From contig NW_020845583.1 of assembly GCF_003704095.1 (NCBI RefSeq), positions 186,001 to 250,000 on the forward strand: a stretch of DNA of 64,000 bases, read 5' to 3'. A model generated the notes under the pieces. It did no database searches, was not told where the DNA came from, and was given only the letters and a program-made list of their open reading frames with translations. This document shows positions 1 to 12,700 of this stretch, one piece after another; positions within the stretch are counted from its first letter, which is position 1, and every line of letters begins with the position of its first letter. The position numbers and the translations under genes were made by a program. The stretch comes from Pocillopora damicornis (lineage: Eukaryota).

Positions 1-820
1 CAAATTCTCAGAGCTAAAATTGTATTAATTCATGTCAGCCAGTTAGGAGAATTGTTTTTGTGATCCTGGGAATGAAAGATTAATCAAACCAATAGAGCTA
101 AGTTAAAAGGTAACTTATCTTGAACCCTTTCACTCTAGGCAGTGACAAAGACAGAAATTCTCCTTACAATATCAATACAATATCAAGCAGACTAGGGAAT
201 AAAATAGAGAAAATATCAAATAGCGGATTATTACGTGATCTCATACCAAATTCTCTGAACTAACATCATCAAAACTGTATGGCTGACAGTAAGGAGAATT
301 ACTATCAATGGAAGTCTTGGTTGTGACAACTTGTTACAGGGGGGCTTCGATCCCTAATTCACAATAAAGGTCAATGAATGAACGTGGAAAACGCAGGAAT
401 CTTTTTCAACCTTACTTTTTTTAAACCCTTAAAAAGAGGGTAATTGTTTCAAGAGTTGTTCGTCACATAAATTAATAACCTGTGGGAAGTGACAGGTCGT
501 ATTTTAAAGACCTGTCCTTATAGTAAAAATACTCCGATCATATGAATATTATAACAATCATACCTTGAGCCAACTCTTCTGGTGGAGGCTGGAGAAGATC
601 TCTGCTCTCTACGGGTAGATTTGAAGCCATTGGCAAAATATTTGCCACCGAGAAAAACTCGTACGGTGACACGTTTATCACAAGATTGAAGGATAAGTGA
701 AAACTGTCAGGCGTTACTAATGTCTAGTACCCAGCCTTCCTTGAGTTTTACCGCTCAGAAATAAGATATTCAGATATCGCGGAGTGACAGCATCCGTTTA
801 TTTGAACTAGAATTAAATTT

Positions 821-3235
821 ATGCGAAAAATGGCAGCGTTAGGCAAATTTTCAAGATTCGCAGCAGTTGCCTCGGCAGCGGTAACTTTTTCAGGAGCTTA
901 TATCTTGTTTAACGGGACCAGAAATCCCGCACGTGCCAGTGGAGGGGGAACGCAATATAGCCCTCCTAACGAATACGAACACCGCCTTCTTTACAAACCG
1001 ACGGGTTTTCGATGGGATTCCAACTGGGACATGTGCGAGAAAGGCACAAAGAGGCCTAAGAAGAGAGATGACGGTAGCATCGACGAGGAATCTAAAGAGC
1101 TCAAGCCCACAGCTGTACGCCATCTTGTCTTCATAAGGCACGGGCAGTATCACGAGGACGCCAAGAATGATGATGATAAAAGGCTGACGGACCTAGGAAG
1201 GTAGGAGATGAAGTAATTATTGTTAAAAATTGAAAATTAAGCCAATGAGCCATAAATGCGGATATTTACAGTCTGCAGTTGTCGTTACCCTCCCATCATT
1301 AAAATACCGCTGAGAACTGTTTGTTTCCTTGTGTTGCTGTGGAATTCACGACTTAGCCCTTTATGCCCTAACATCAGTATGCATATTCTCCATTTTGTTC
1401 TCTATACATTTCCTAAGGAGCTGATAAGGAGAATTTGTTTGATAATCAAGAATTTAGTTGGTGATCATTTCCTGTATTCTCCTGTTCTTGATGTTTTATT
1501 CAGTAGTGATATTGTAAGGAGAAATTAGATGCTAGTCACTTTGATGTTAGGGTGTAAAGGGGTTATTTCCACTATTATGTGTTAGTAGCCGCACCTGGAA
1601 AATAGTGATCACCGGTTGGAGTGAAGAACACACCAAGTTTCTCTTTCCCCTGATTTGCAAGCTGTGAGCATTTTGGGTAACTTGGTAATCTTTAACTGGA
1701 CTGTTAATCTTGAGAAAGTGAGTTAATTGATTAATTGTTACTTTTTCAGAAAGCAAGCAAACATTACTGGCCAGCGTCTTAAAGACCTGGACTTTAAATA
1801 CACTAAATTGGTTTGTTCTACCTTAATACGAGCTGTGGAAACAGCTGATATCATTGCTAAATATCTACCAGAGGTGCCAAGAGAAACATGTGGCTTTTTA
1901 CGAGAGGGGTCTCCAGTTCCCCCTGACCCTGCGTCAAAAAACTGGAGACCAGATAAAACGGTCAGTGTGTCATGAAATCATAACAAGTTTCAACCCTTTA
2001 AACCTTTCAAGTTACTAGCATCCAATTTCTCCTTACAATATCACCCCTGAATCAAACATTAAAGTCACAAGAATATTAAGGGATGATCTCCAACTAAGGA
2101 AGCTCTTGATTAAAAAAAAATTATCCTTACTAGCATCCTCAGAAATGTATGGGGAACAGTATTGAGAATATACACACTGATATTAGAGTGTAATGAGTTG
2201 AATAGCCAACAGCTTTTTTACTGACATCAGTAAACATGACTGTCATCAAATTGTGGACTTTGCTACTAATTTAGTTACCAACATTTTTACTACTTGCAAG
2301 GTGACCAAAAGGGTTGCAGCTAGGAACGCTGGGCACATAAGTATTATGATGTCTTTCCCTAGAACACATCATTTTGATCTTGGCTTAGGCTCAGACATAT
2401 CTCAGAATACAAAAATTTTTTATTAGACTACTAATCAGTGAGCCACTACATTCTGTACTGGGCAGAAAAACAGTGATAATAACTTATTTATTAAATGATA
2501 AGTTGCTGTTCTGTAGTGCCTGAATCTACAACTAGGATTTAACCTATTTTCTGTGGTATTTCCATTTTTGAACAGCAGTTTTTCCAAGATGGTCCTCGCA
2601 TCGAGGCTGCCTTCAGGAAACACATCCACAGGGCAGATGTTGATCAAGTTGGAAACAGTGTTGAAATTTATGTGTGCCATGCCAATGTCATCAGATACTT
2701 TGTTTGCAGGTAAAGTGACACAGAAATCAAAATGTTTAAATATACAATGCTTCCTAGATACATGTAGCAGGTAGTCAAACAGTGTCCTTCATTTTAAAAC
2801 CTGTACACCCTAATGTCATTATGCATATTCTCCATACTGTTCTCTATACATTTCCTAAGGTGCTGACAAGGAGAATTTGTTTACTGATCAAAAGCTTCTT
2901 TGGTTGGTTATCATTTCCTATATTCTCATGACCTTAATATGTGATTGAGGGGTGATATTGTAAGGAGAAATTAGATGCTAGTCAGTCTTAGGGTTTAAAG
3001 GGTAAATAATACCATTAAGTAATAGGGATAAACAAACTAATGATTTATTATAACTTACCATTTTTTCTGTTTTGTGTTGTTCATAAGGGTTCTTCAGTTT
3101 CCACCTGAGGGTTGGCTTCGTATGAGCATAGGGCACTGTGGAATAACTTGGGTGACTATAAGGCCCAATGGAAGGGTAAGCGTCAGAAGTATGGGCGACA
3201 CAGGACACCTACCTCCCAATCAATTGTCATCATAG
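821..3235 (+). CDS. PGAM5: Mitochondrial Ser/Thr phosphatase PGAM5, 4 exons (821-1200, 1750-1960, 2576-2709, 3088-3235), about 290 aa
   Basis: N-terminal hydrophobic anchor, WDSNWD multimerisation motif, catalytic [49 protein letters not shown] and GDTGHLPP. All introns are GT-AG and phases join in frame to TAG at 3233-3235. Exon 3 has a NAGNAG acceptor (2576 or 2579). Confidence 0.95.
1355..1563. mobile_element. MITE copy in PGAM5 intron 1
   Basis: Closely similar to 2797-3004 and 11739-11940; cccttta...taaaggg terminal inverted repeats. Confidence 0.7.
2797..3004. mobile_element. MITE copy in PGAM5 intron 3
   Basis: Similar to 1355-1563; ends ttagggtttaaagggtaa. Confidence 0.7.
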
Positions 3236-5084
3236 ACACAGGATACTCAGGAAAGATACCTTCTCCCTAAGGACTGTGCCACAGATTTGTCCTTAAAACA
3301 GCAGCTAGGTGTTGTGTTATTAGGAAGGAGTTAAAATAATTGTTATAAAAGTAACCAAAGCTCCAAGTTCATCTTTTTTCAAAGTCACTGAATGGGGACC
3401 TAAAAAACATAAAATGTTTGCCAGTAAAAAAATTTAGTTGCCTAGAATGAAATGATAATCAACAGCTATATAATGACAAAGGACTTTTTGTGAAATACTA
3501 CATGATATTCATTTCAAGCCATAGGGTCAAAGCAGTAAAAGCATAACATTGAGCCACATAACTTCTGAGTGCTAGTTGCCATATTGACAACTTTCACAGT
3601 AAATTTAGCTGCCAATTGTTTTTAATAATTATAACCAAAACGATCAATTTAATACAATTTAATGTAGAATTCTTAATCTTGCATTAAACTAGTTTGTTGA
3701 GAAGAATTCGCTCACATCCTTTGTAATATTTATTTTCGTACTTTATTTAAAATTAGTTTTTTATGTTGGAATGAATATTTTTCACTTTTTTCTAATTTAA
3801 ATTTTGGAAGATTACTTTTTCCTCTTTTCCCTTTGTTTAAATATTGCAATGAATTTAAGTGTGCAAAAATAAATTTTCACCGACAAGTTCGTTGGTTTTA
3901 TTTTATTTTTTGGCCATTTCCCAAGAGGAATTACGAATTAAGGGACTTGTATCTAAGGACGCTGTGACCAACAGTTGGTCAGCTGTTAGTCCAGTGACAG
4001 CTGTCCGAAAATGGACGGAACCACACGAAATTAAACTGAATCGTCCAAAATTTGACGGAAACTTTCGAAGTTGAACGGAACTAGTAGTCGGAACAATGCG
4101 AAGTTAGAATGAACTGTCCTTAATTAGACGGAACCATCCCGAGTGGGACGCATCTTCCGAAAAGGGACGAAACCGTTCGAAAACGGATGATATGTTTTGA
4201 CTGAAGATTGGAAAATTGCCTGCTAAATGTCTAGTAGTGTTGACTGACTGTCTGCCATCTGTTGCCCAAATTTTTGCCCAAATTTTTTTGTATCAAGTGG
4301 TTTTTTTTCGCTTTTCTGTTCATTTTCGTTAAATCTTGTATTTTCATTCACATTACGTTTTTTAATCCTTCGTACTCTTAAATTTTACATACACATACAT
4401 ACTTACATCTTTACATGTTGACATACAAATAATCGTTTTCTCTGTGGATCCTGTTTATCAATAGACCGGCAATAGTCGGTAACAATCGGGAGACAAACGA
4501 CCAGCTTTTGAATAACATCGGTCAACATTCGCTAACTTTCGGCAAAATTGTCGGAGGTTGGTCGGGATTCGGTGTACACGTTGGCGTTGATCGCAATTCG
4601 ATTCTCAGTAATGCTTTTTGGCTGAGTTGAACGACGAGGCATAGTATGAAAGTAAAATAAATGAATACGAAGAGAAAGAGAATGGATGAAGATCCAACCA
4701 TGAAATTATTGCAATAGCGCAATAATCCAACATCAGCATTTAGACACCTTGTAGGCCGATTGTGGTATGCTGTTTTATGTACGCCGATTGTGGTAAGTAT
4801 ACTGTTTCGTGTACACCGATAGTGGTAAGTATGCTATTTTTATGAACGTTCTCATTGGTTCAGCATTCGTTTTATTTTTATATCACGAAAATATCGAGAA
4901 AAAAACGTTGAAGGTCTCTTTAGTGATTCCCCTTTCCGTCTGCCATACAACAGTTGTTATGAATTTAGATCCAAAAGCTAGACATTGGATCCACTAATAA
5001 TCTCCTAATTAATGTTTATCTCTATTCTCATTACTTGTACACTTGATATTGTGTTGATTTCCAAAACTGGGAGCTGGTCATTAT

Positions 5085-5410
5085 GTTGAAATTTTTTCAG
5101 GCGTTATTTTCACTACTGCACAAGTAGTGTTCATTACTGCGAAGATCGCTTTCATATTCACTTCTTTATCCGTAGTTTACATATTATTTTCATATATTCA
5201 CAGTAATTTATTCTTTACCTCTCGGGTTTATTTGGAACCAACATAATGACCAGCTCCTAGTTGGCTCGCTAGCTCAGTTGGTAGAGCACTGCACTAGTAT
5301 CGCAGAGGTCATGGGTTTAAATCCTGTACAGGTCTGAATTTTCTTCAGGTTTTATTTTCACTACTGCTCAAGTAGTGTTCATTGCTGCGAAGATCGCTTT
5401 CACATTCACA
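5085..5410 (+). repeat. tRNA-Thr-like SINE/tandem repeat unit (tRNA-like head 5263-5335), nested in a MITE
   Basis: A box TAGCTCAGTTGG, B-box-like GGTTTAAATCC and an AGT anticodon loop, flanked by a duplicated ttttcactactgc.caagtagtgttcatt.ctgcgaagatcgcttt unit. A related copy lies at 44690-44930. Confidence 0.7.
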
Positions 5411-6775
5411 TGTATTGATATTGTGAAAAGAAATTATATCTTGGTCACTCGTGATGTGAATTTAAAGCCTTGAACGTTAAACCCCACCCACATTCTCGGT
5501 GAGTACTTCAACCAGCCAAAGTTATCCTGTTTTCAATCACGGTGATTTAGGCCTCGAGAAACACAGCGAAATCACTAATAAATAATAAGTGGCTTTACTC
5601 GAAGAATGTTCGCAAAGTAGCTTGGTTTTTTTTTTTTCTTCATTTCAAAAATTTGAGATCTGAAAAAATCACCCGTGGCATCAACCTCTGAGTAATTAGA
5701 AAAGATAATTAGTCACTCTCTCTAATTGGACGGAAGGTAGCAAATGATAATAATTAGAGTTTCTAGTCAAACAAATTCATGTTGGTGTCAAAAATCTACA
5801 AGTGTGATTTTGGAAATATTTTTTGAAGAAATTACTATCGCTTTAAGATTTATTTCTGCTCAGAGGGTATTTTATAATTGATAGCGACCTTCAGCTACTC
5901 GATAAAAGTTTAATTTTGGAGACAACAACCGTTACTTTTGATTGGGGTAAAAATTAATTGTTTCGAAGGATATTTCTATGGCTGATGGTAGTTTTTACTT
6001 TCGCTGTGAGCGAAGAATGGTCAGCACCGTGCATAGGTGAGAAAATTGCTTGCATAATTTCCCTGAATTCTTTGGAATAATGGTAGAAACTTAGCAACTG
6101 TATATATTTCTCATTGAGTTTCCTTTAAATTGATAAGTGTTTGTAAAATATTTCTGTTACAATTTACGTCCAAGACGCTTCTTTTTCGAAATCTTTTTAA
6201 GGCCAGTTGGATTTTCCGTAAGGAAGTTTGGATCAGTTAACAAGAAATAATTATACTCTGTGCCTCACTGGGAAATTCACGTGGTTATTTAGCATTGATT
6301 TGTGATAAATCTAAGTTTTTGCGCGCTGGCATGGAATTCAGCGTTGCGCGACTCTTTGCCGTTGCGTTACCTAAAAACAAACATGATGACAAAAAAGCAC
6401 TTGAGAACGCTAGAAAATTTTCGAATTTGATTCTCAGAGGGTTTCCGCAGCATTTTTGAGGCCATCATTTGCTTATGTAATAGGTACATTTAGAATGAGC
6501 TTTTTTCGCTTAAATGGAGCGACACGCCACGCACTACTAGCGTTTTCATCGTACACGGAAAAATGTTATGCAAATTTTGTCTCAATCAAAAATTTTCTTG
6601 TGGGGTGAATCAGTTCTGTACGTTTGCTTGTTCATTTGAAAAGTTATAAGGGCTTTTCATTGACTTTTGATGCCAACTACGGGACGGTTAAGCAAATTCA
6701 AACTGTCAGTAAGGCAGCTTTTACCAACAAACGTCACTCCAAAGCCACGTAAATATTAATAACGTAAACCTACAA

Positions 6776-9700
6776 ATGGATGAAACTCCAAAGGAAACGA
6801 GCCGTGAATTTCCAATCGGCCCCGAGACGCAATTAACGATGGATTATGGTACGTAAAATGCGATAGGAAATGTTAACCGTTGTTGTTGACGTCGGTTAAA
6901 TATAATTGTTGTTAAAATGTACGTTCAATATCCCACTACGAGGAGTTAAGAACGCTTTAAAGTGGTATTTAGATATCTTAACAGTAAGCGCTCAATAATT
7001 TCATAAGTTGTAACCGCCATTGTGTAAACTTCAGCTTTCCTCGTTTTCACAGCGGTTTTTCAGGGCGTTGTAAAGTTTATTCACCTTAAGCCTAAATTTT
7101 TAAATGTTATGGTACTTTCCGCTTCGACACACACAGAACCGATAGAAACGTGGTTTGGTTGACTGCACGTCAATTTTTGGTGAGAACGCTCATTAAAGGA
7201 TGTTCACTGATTTATCGGAAGATAAAATCGCTCGTTAGCTGACTGTGCCTAAATTACTCTTTGATAAAACGATTGTAAGATAGCTGAAGAAGGAACGTTT
7301 ATCATAAATTTATTTTGAAAAAGCTTGTTAACGAGTAATTGCAATTTTCTCGTCACTTGATATTTTGCTTAAGTAAAATTTCCGCACAGCCCCTTACCAC
7401 ATTATGTATTCAGTTCTTGAACAGAGAAAACAATGACATAAAAAATACATTGCCCTTGGGAAAACAGATTTGTTTTACAATAGTATGGGGCTGTGCGGAA
7501 ACTTTACCTTTGCTCAAGACGATGTTTATTCATTTTCTAGTAAATGTACCCTTCGTTTGCGATAGTTAAATTTCACCAAAAGAATGAAAACGAAGAAAAA
7601 AAGAAACTTATCGCCTAGAAATGCTTGCTATTTGAAGTTTACAATAGACAAACCTGTTTACTTCTCGCCCATTCTTAAACATGGAATATTAAAAGATTAA
7701 GTGAATAAACAAACCGATGGTTAAGAACACCAATAAAAGCTTGCCAAAACAAACGAATTTAAAAACGAAACAACAAAAACATCGAAAAAAGGAAAATGCG
7801 AAAAACAAATATTTGAATTATTTCAGTAACGAAAAAGAACAGTCACGACGGATGGACTCAGGGAGGGAGGGAGGGTGGAATATTTTAGGGAAGAAGAGTG
7901 GGATGAGGGAGTGTAGAGTGAATGACAAGGTATACGTCGGATGAAGAGTTACGAGGAAGGAGGGAGGGGAGGGAGCGTGGATGGAAGGAAGGAAAAGGCG
8001 AGGAAAGGAAGGGATGTAGGGAGAAGAGCGGGGAGTGAAAGGACCCTGGTACAAGGGAACTAATTACACCAGCTCCACTACCTTTGTGAATTTAGTATGC
8101 GCATGCAGCCTTACCTGAGGAATAATGGAAAGGACATCGATCATTTGTACAGCGGGCCAGGCCAGCCGAAGTCACAGACAGCAAGTGGCGATGTTTAAAA
8201 CGTAACATTAAATTCATTTTGAGTGCAACAACTCACAACTTATTTATCTTGGAATCACAATTTTCTAAGGAACAGTTAAGCAGGTTGCTAAGATACTCGT
8301 CAAAGCTCTGTAGCATTTGAAATTTAAAACCCATTAAAGTTTCATTAGTATTCATTAGAGACCGAATATCATTACGATAACTTGTTTTTCTCGTTCAGTT
8401 GAAGATCCTGCCTCTAAGAAGTCGAACCTTTTAAAAAATCTACCAAGTCGTCAACTTTCGCGTTGGAAGCGCCACGCCAGAAAAAAAATGAAAGACAGGG
8501 TACATTCAAAAGAACACGCTTACGAAGCCGTGAATAGTGAAGACTCTGATTTATCTGATATGGAGGAGGAGGATGAGGCTACAATGTCACGGAAAGGAAA
8601 ATTTGAACAAACTCAACCTTTGACTGTGCGTCTTAAGAAGCTGAGGCAGAGAAGGTAGAGAAATAACTTGAAATAGAAACAATTACGGTTGAAATATAAT
8701 TACAGAGAGCGCTATGTTTCTACGCTGTCAGAGGTCTTTTAGAAAGATTGTAAACCCTTGTTTTGATGTTCGCAAACCCCATGTAGGATTAAAAAATTTA
8801 CTCGTTTATGAGTGAAGTTTATTTAGAGATTATGTAGACTAAAATGGTAGTTTCCCATCCGCTCTTGTTTTGTAGAAGTACCTCAGATGCAGATGGATCG
8901 CAAGGACTTTCCACTTGTACAGAGCTGCGACTTCGAATTTCTATGGTAAGTTGCTATTGCACACGTACTGTACCAAGTTGGAGAGGCAGCATTTATTCAG
9001 TGCAATTAAGCCTAGTCTGTTTAAATGCGTTTTCACATCCATCCCTTTTATGTAGAAGGACTCTAACTTATTATCATTTTTTTGCCCTTTTTTACATAAA
9101 TGCATTTATTTTTGCAATAAAAGTTAATGACTTTGTCATCCAAAATGCAATAGCTAGTGACACAACATGTTCTACTTAACACATGTGTGGAATATATTAA
9201 TAAGAGTAACAGGAAATGTAATTACACACGATGGAATAGTGTTTTAGAACCATAACTAAGATTTACTGTATAGTAAGATTTAGTATAGATTTACTGTATG
9301 GTAAAATTTACTGTATTTTCTTTCGGCGTTACTTTTGTCGTCACATTAATATACCTTATTCGATGGTTGAACATACAATACGAGCACATAGTTTGTGATA
9401 GTCTTTTCCCGAGCCCCGAAGGGGCCAGGTAAGGCAAGAGCAATGAGAAAAATTTCCGTTCCTATTATATTTTAAACTGTTGAATAAGGGATTTCTTATT
9501 TCACATTTTTGTATTTTGATTTAAGTTTGCGAATAACTTCAGTCTTACGGCTTTATCTGTGCATCGTATTGCGAAAGACTAGAACAACGCGAACGAAACC
9601 ATTTAGGAGTTCTTTGTGACCGACCGAAAAATCTGTAGTGCTTAAAAATTCGTTTCTTTAAAAGGCAAGCGTAGAAAACGAAAATTTAAAAAAAATCAAA

Positions 9701-12700
9701 ATTTGGATCTTTCTGTACGACTGTTTTTTTGCTTCGTATTTTTGCCTTGTTTTACAGTGAAATACTGTGGCATATTTTGCGCGTTCTCAGTAACTTGCTT
9801 GGCATAGTAGCCGAATATTAATTTGCATTCTTACGTTTGCGTCAAAAACTATACACTTTGGGTAACTATTACTATTACTAGTTGGTTTATGAAACGCTCC
9901 TCGAAAGGAGAGAGTACGAGTCGTAAATCTTTTCTTGTAAGTCCTTTTGCCATCGTTTTTCTGATTATGATGAATGCTGATATTTTAAACCTGAAAACGT
10001 GTTGTCTGTTTGTTAGACGTTGAAACAAAGTTACGAAACCTGCAAGGAATTCATAAACTCTTATGAGTTATGGAGAGGACACTTCAAGGAAATAGAAGGT
10101 GTGTTTACCAGTCCATCTTCTTGCATCATCAAAAAGATTTCTGGACCTGCAAGACCATCACTTTAAGCATTAGTTTCAATCTGTCTGTTTTTAGTTCTTT
10201 CCTAACAGAATATTTGAGATAGGGGAAATTGTAGTTGGAAAGGAGACGGGTGCCATTTTTCGTAAAGGATTTAAGTCCGAAGCCATTTTGAATCGCATAA
10301 AAGAGAAAAAACAAAACAAAACAAAACAAAAAAAAGTTGTAATCCGAAACCAAATCTCCTGCAAAATTATATCCCACAAGGATACAATGACGGGTACAAT
10401 ACTGAATTTTGTTAATTAAGAGGTTTTTTTGTGTTATTTTACAGGATCATTCGGAAATGGTGTTCTATCATATTTCACATTTCTCAAGTGGCTCCTTTGG
10501 TTAAACATTTACGTCTTCATTCTTACCTTGTGTTTTGTGATCATTCCACAAGCCCTCAGCTCAGGAGAGGAACTCCCGTTGACAATAACTGCGCAGAACG
10601 CGTCTGCTTTTACTTCAAACTCCTCAAGTTCGTCCACGGTTGTTCCAGCTAATGTAACAACATCTTCACTAGCAAGGAAGAAGAGGGAAGTTTTGCTCAA
10701 CAAAAGCGAGGAAGAAGATAATGATCTAAAGTGTAATTTGGTGAAACCGTATAACTATTCCTCGTATACAAACAAGCCTTTTCCGCAGCTTCTGTCTGAC
10801 TTCATTTCCGGCATCGTAAGTATAGGAGGGACTCCTTATTTAAAAAAAACGAGGAAGGCGCAATGGCCTTACGGTTTGTGCGCTAGACTCCGGGTCGAGA
10901 CCTGGCTTCGGGCAAAACATCAACACTTACTTTCACAGTGACCCTCTCCACCCAAGAGTACAAATGGGTGCTGGTGAATTTTTAGGGAAGCCTGATGAAA
11001 TGCAAGGGGTAACCTTGCGATGGACTAGCATCCCATCTAGGGGGAGGTAGTGATAGTCCTGGTCGCTGCATGTTACATGTTATCCGGAATAACCTCCGCC
11101 TGATTGGGGTACTGGGTTCTAGTGCAAACTTTGCCTTTTAACCTATTCTAAACAACAGAGCAATTGAATTTGTGTTTAAAGCAGCCATTTTGAATTAAAA
11201 ACTCATTTTCACTAAGTAAGGATTCAAGAACAATTTAATTGCTCGTTGTAGTCGCTTATGTCCAGAAATGCACGCAGTAACAAAAATGGCTGATTTGGCG
11301 AAATTTCATCAAACTGAGTGATTGTTCATGGATTTTACGACTTTGGCGAATTCCATTCCAATTCGTCCAAGCGAGATCAGCCTGGCGGAATTGAAGAGTT
11401 TTCGGCATTTTCGTTACTGCATGCATTTCTGAACATACTCGTTTTAGTAAGAAATTCGATGCATTTAAAACGATCCCTCGTACATATGAATTACAAACTT
11501 GCAAACACGTCTATTACTTGTATCCATATTAAAATTGCTCAAAGAGATTTTCTTTCTTTCCTCTGTAGGGATGGATAAACACAACGTACATGTTTTATGG
11601 AAGCTACTCTAATAACGTCTTGGTCATAGGAAGTAAAAAAACTTTCTACAACATGCCACTCGCTTATTTTGTGGTTGGCTGCGTTTGCTTTGCGGTGATT
11701 CTGCTCTCTATATTATGGAGGTAAGGGTTGGTTTAGTCTTAACCCTTTACGTCCCACATGAGAAGGCATATTCTCCATAATGGGCACCATACAATTTCTG
11801 AGGAACCGACAAGGAGAATTTGTCAAAAACCATGAGCTTCTTTAGTTTGTGATCATTTCCTTTATTCTCATGACCTTGATGTGTGATTCAGGGGTGATAT
11901 TGTAAGGAGAAATTAAATACTTGTCACTCTTTGGGGTCAAGGATGGATACTGTCAAAAGTTATTCAACTGTTCTACACCTTCCTTCTTGCTTGCTTATTT
12001 TTAAGTGAGCAGAGGTGGAAAAATTCATTTCCTTATCGCCTTTCAGAAGGGCGGAGTCACTTCAGTCGGCCGTCTCTCTGACGTTCATTTCCCTAACTAG
12101 CTCTGTATGTTAATCTATCAGCCGCCGTTGTGTCCTCATGAAACGGAAACGATGTATCTAATTGTGAACAGAAAGTTTACTCGATTAAGGCTGGTCCAAG
12201 GGTGTAGCTAGAGGAGAGAGGTTCTGGGATGCCCGTAATGACCCCTTTCCTTTGTAAGCCTTTTTTATGCAAACAACCTACAATATTCAGGTGGCGAAAA
12301 CTAGTGAATACTCATACTATACTTCTCTTTGACACAGTGTGAACCTCCTCCCTCCCTTTAAAAAACCTGGCTAGAGTTCTCTGGTCTAAAGAGGGTTTAC
12401 AAAGGAGAGTTTCCGGTATATGTTGTTTCTTGAGACAATTTAAATAAAGGTTTAACCTTAAGAAAGCTGTTACTGCGTTGTATGTTTCCAGTGCTTCGCA
12501 GATATTTGAGGAGAGCTACGTGAAGGAAGGCATTAAATATTACCACACTTACTCTAATAAAGTGTTTGGTGGATGGGATATGTGTATTGAGGAGCAAGCT
12601 GCCGCAAAGCTCCAGATTATGAGATTCGTTAAAGACATCGAGGTGAGGCTTCCCTCTTAATCGCCGCTAATTCAACCTTTTATCAGGTTGTTTTCAGTTA

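Noticed and set aside
5263-5335. Functional tRNA-Thr gene
   Set aside because: Imperfect acceptor stem and T-loop (TTT), embedded in a repeated unit with a diverged second copy; better explained as a tRNA-derived repeat.
5095-5410. CRISPR-like direct repeats
   Set aside because: Only two long units, eukaryotic context and no cas genes.
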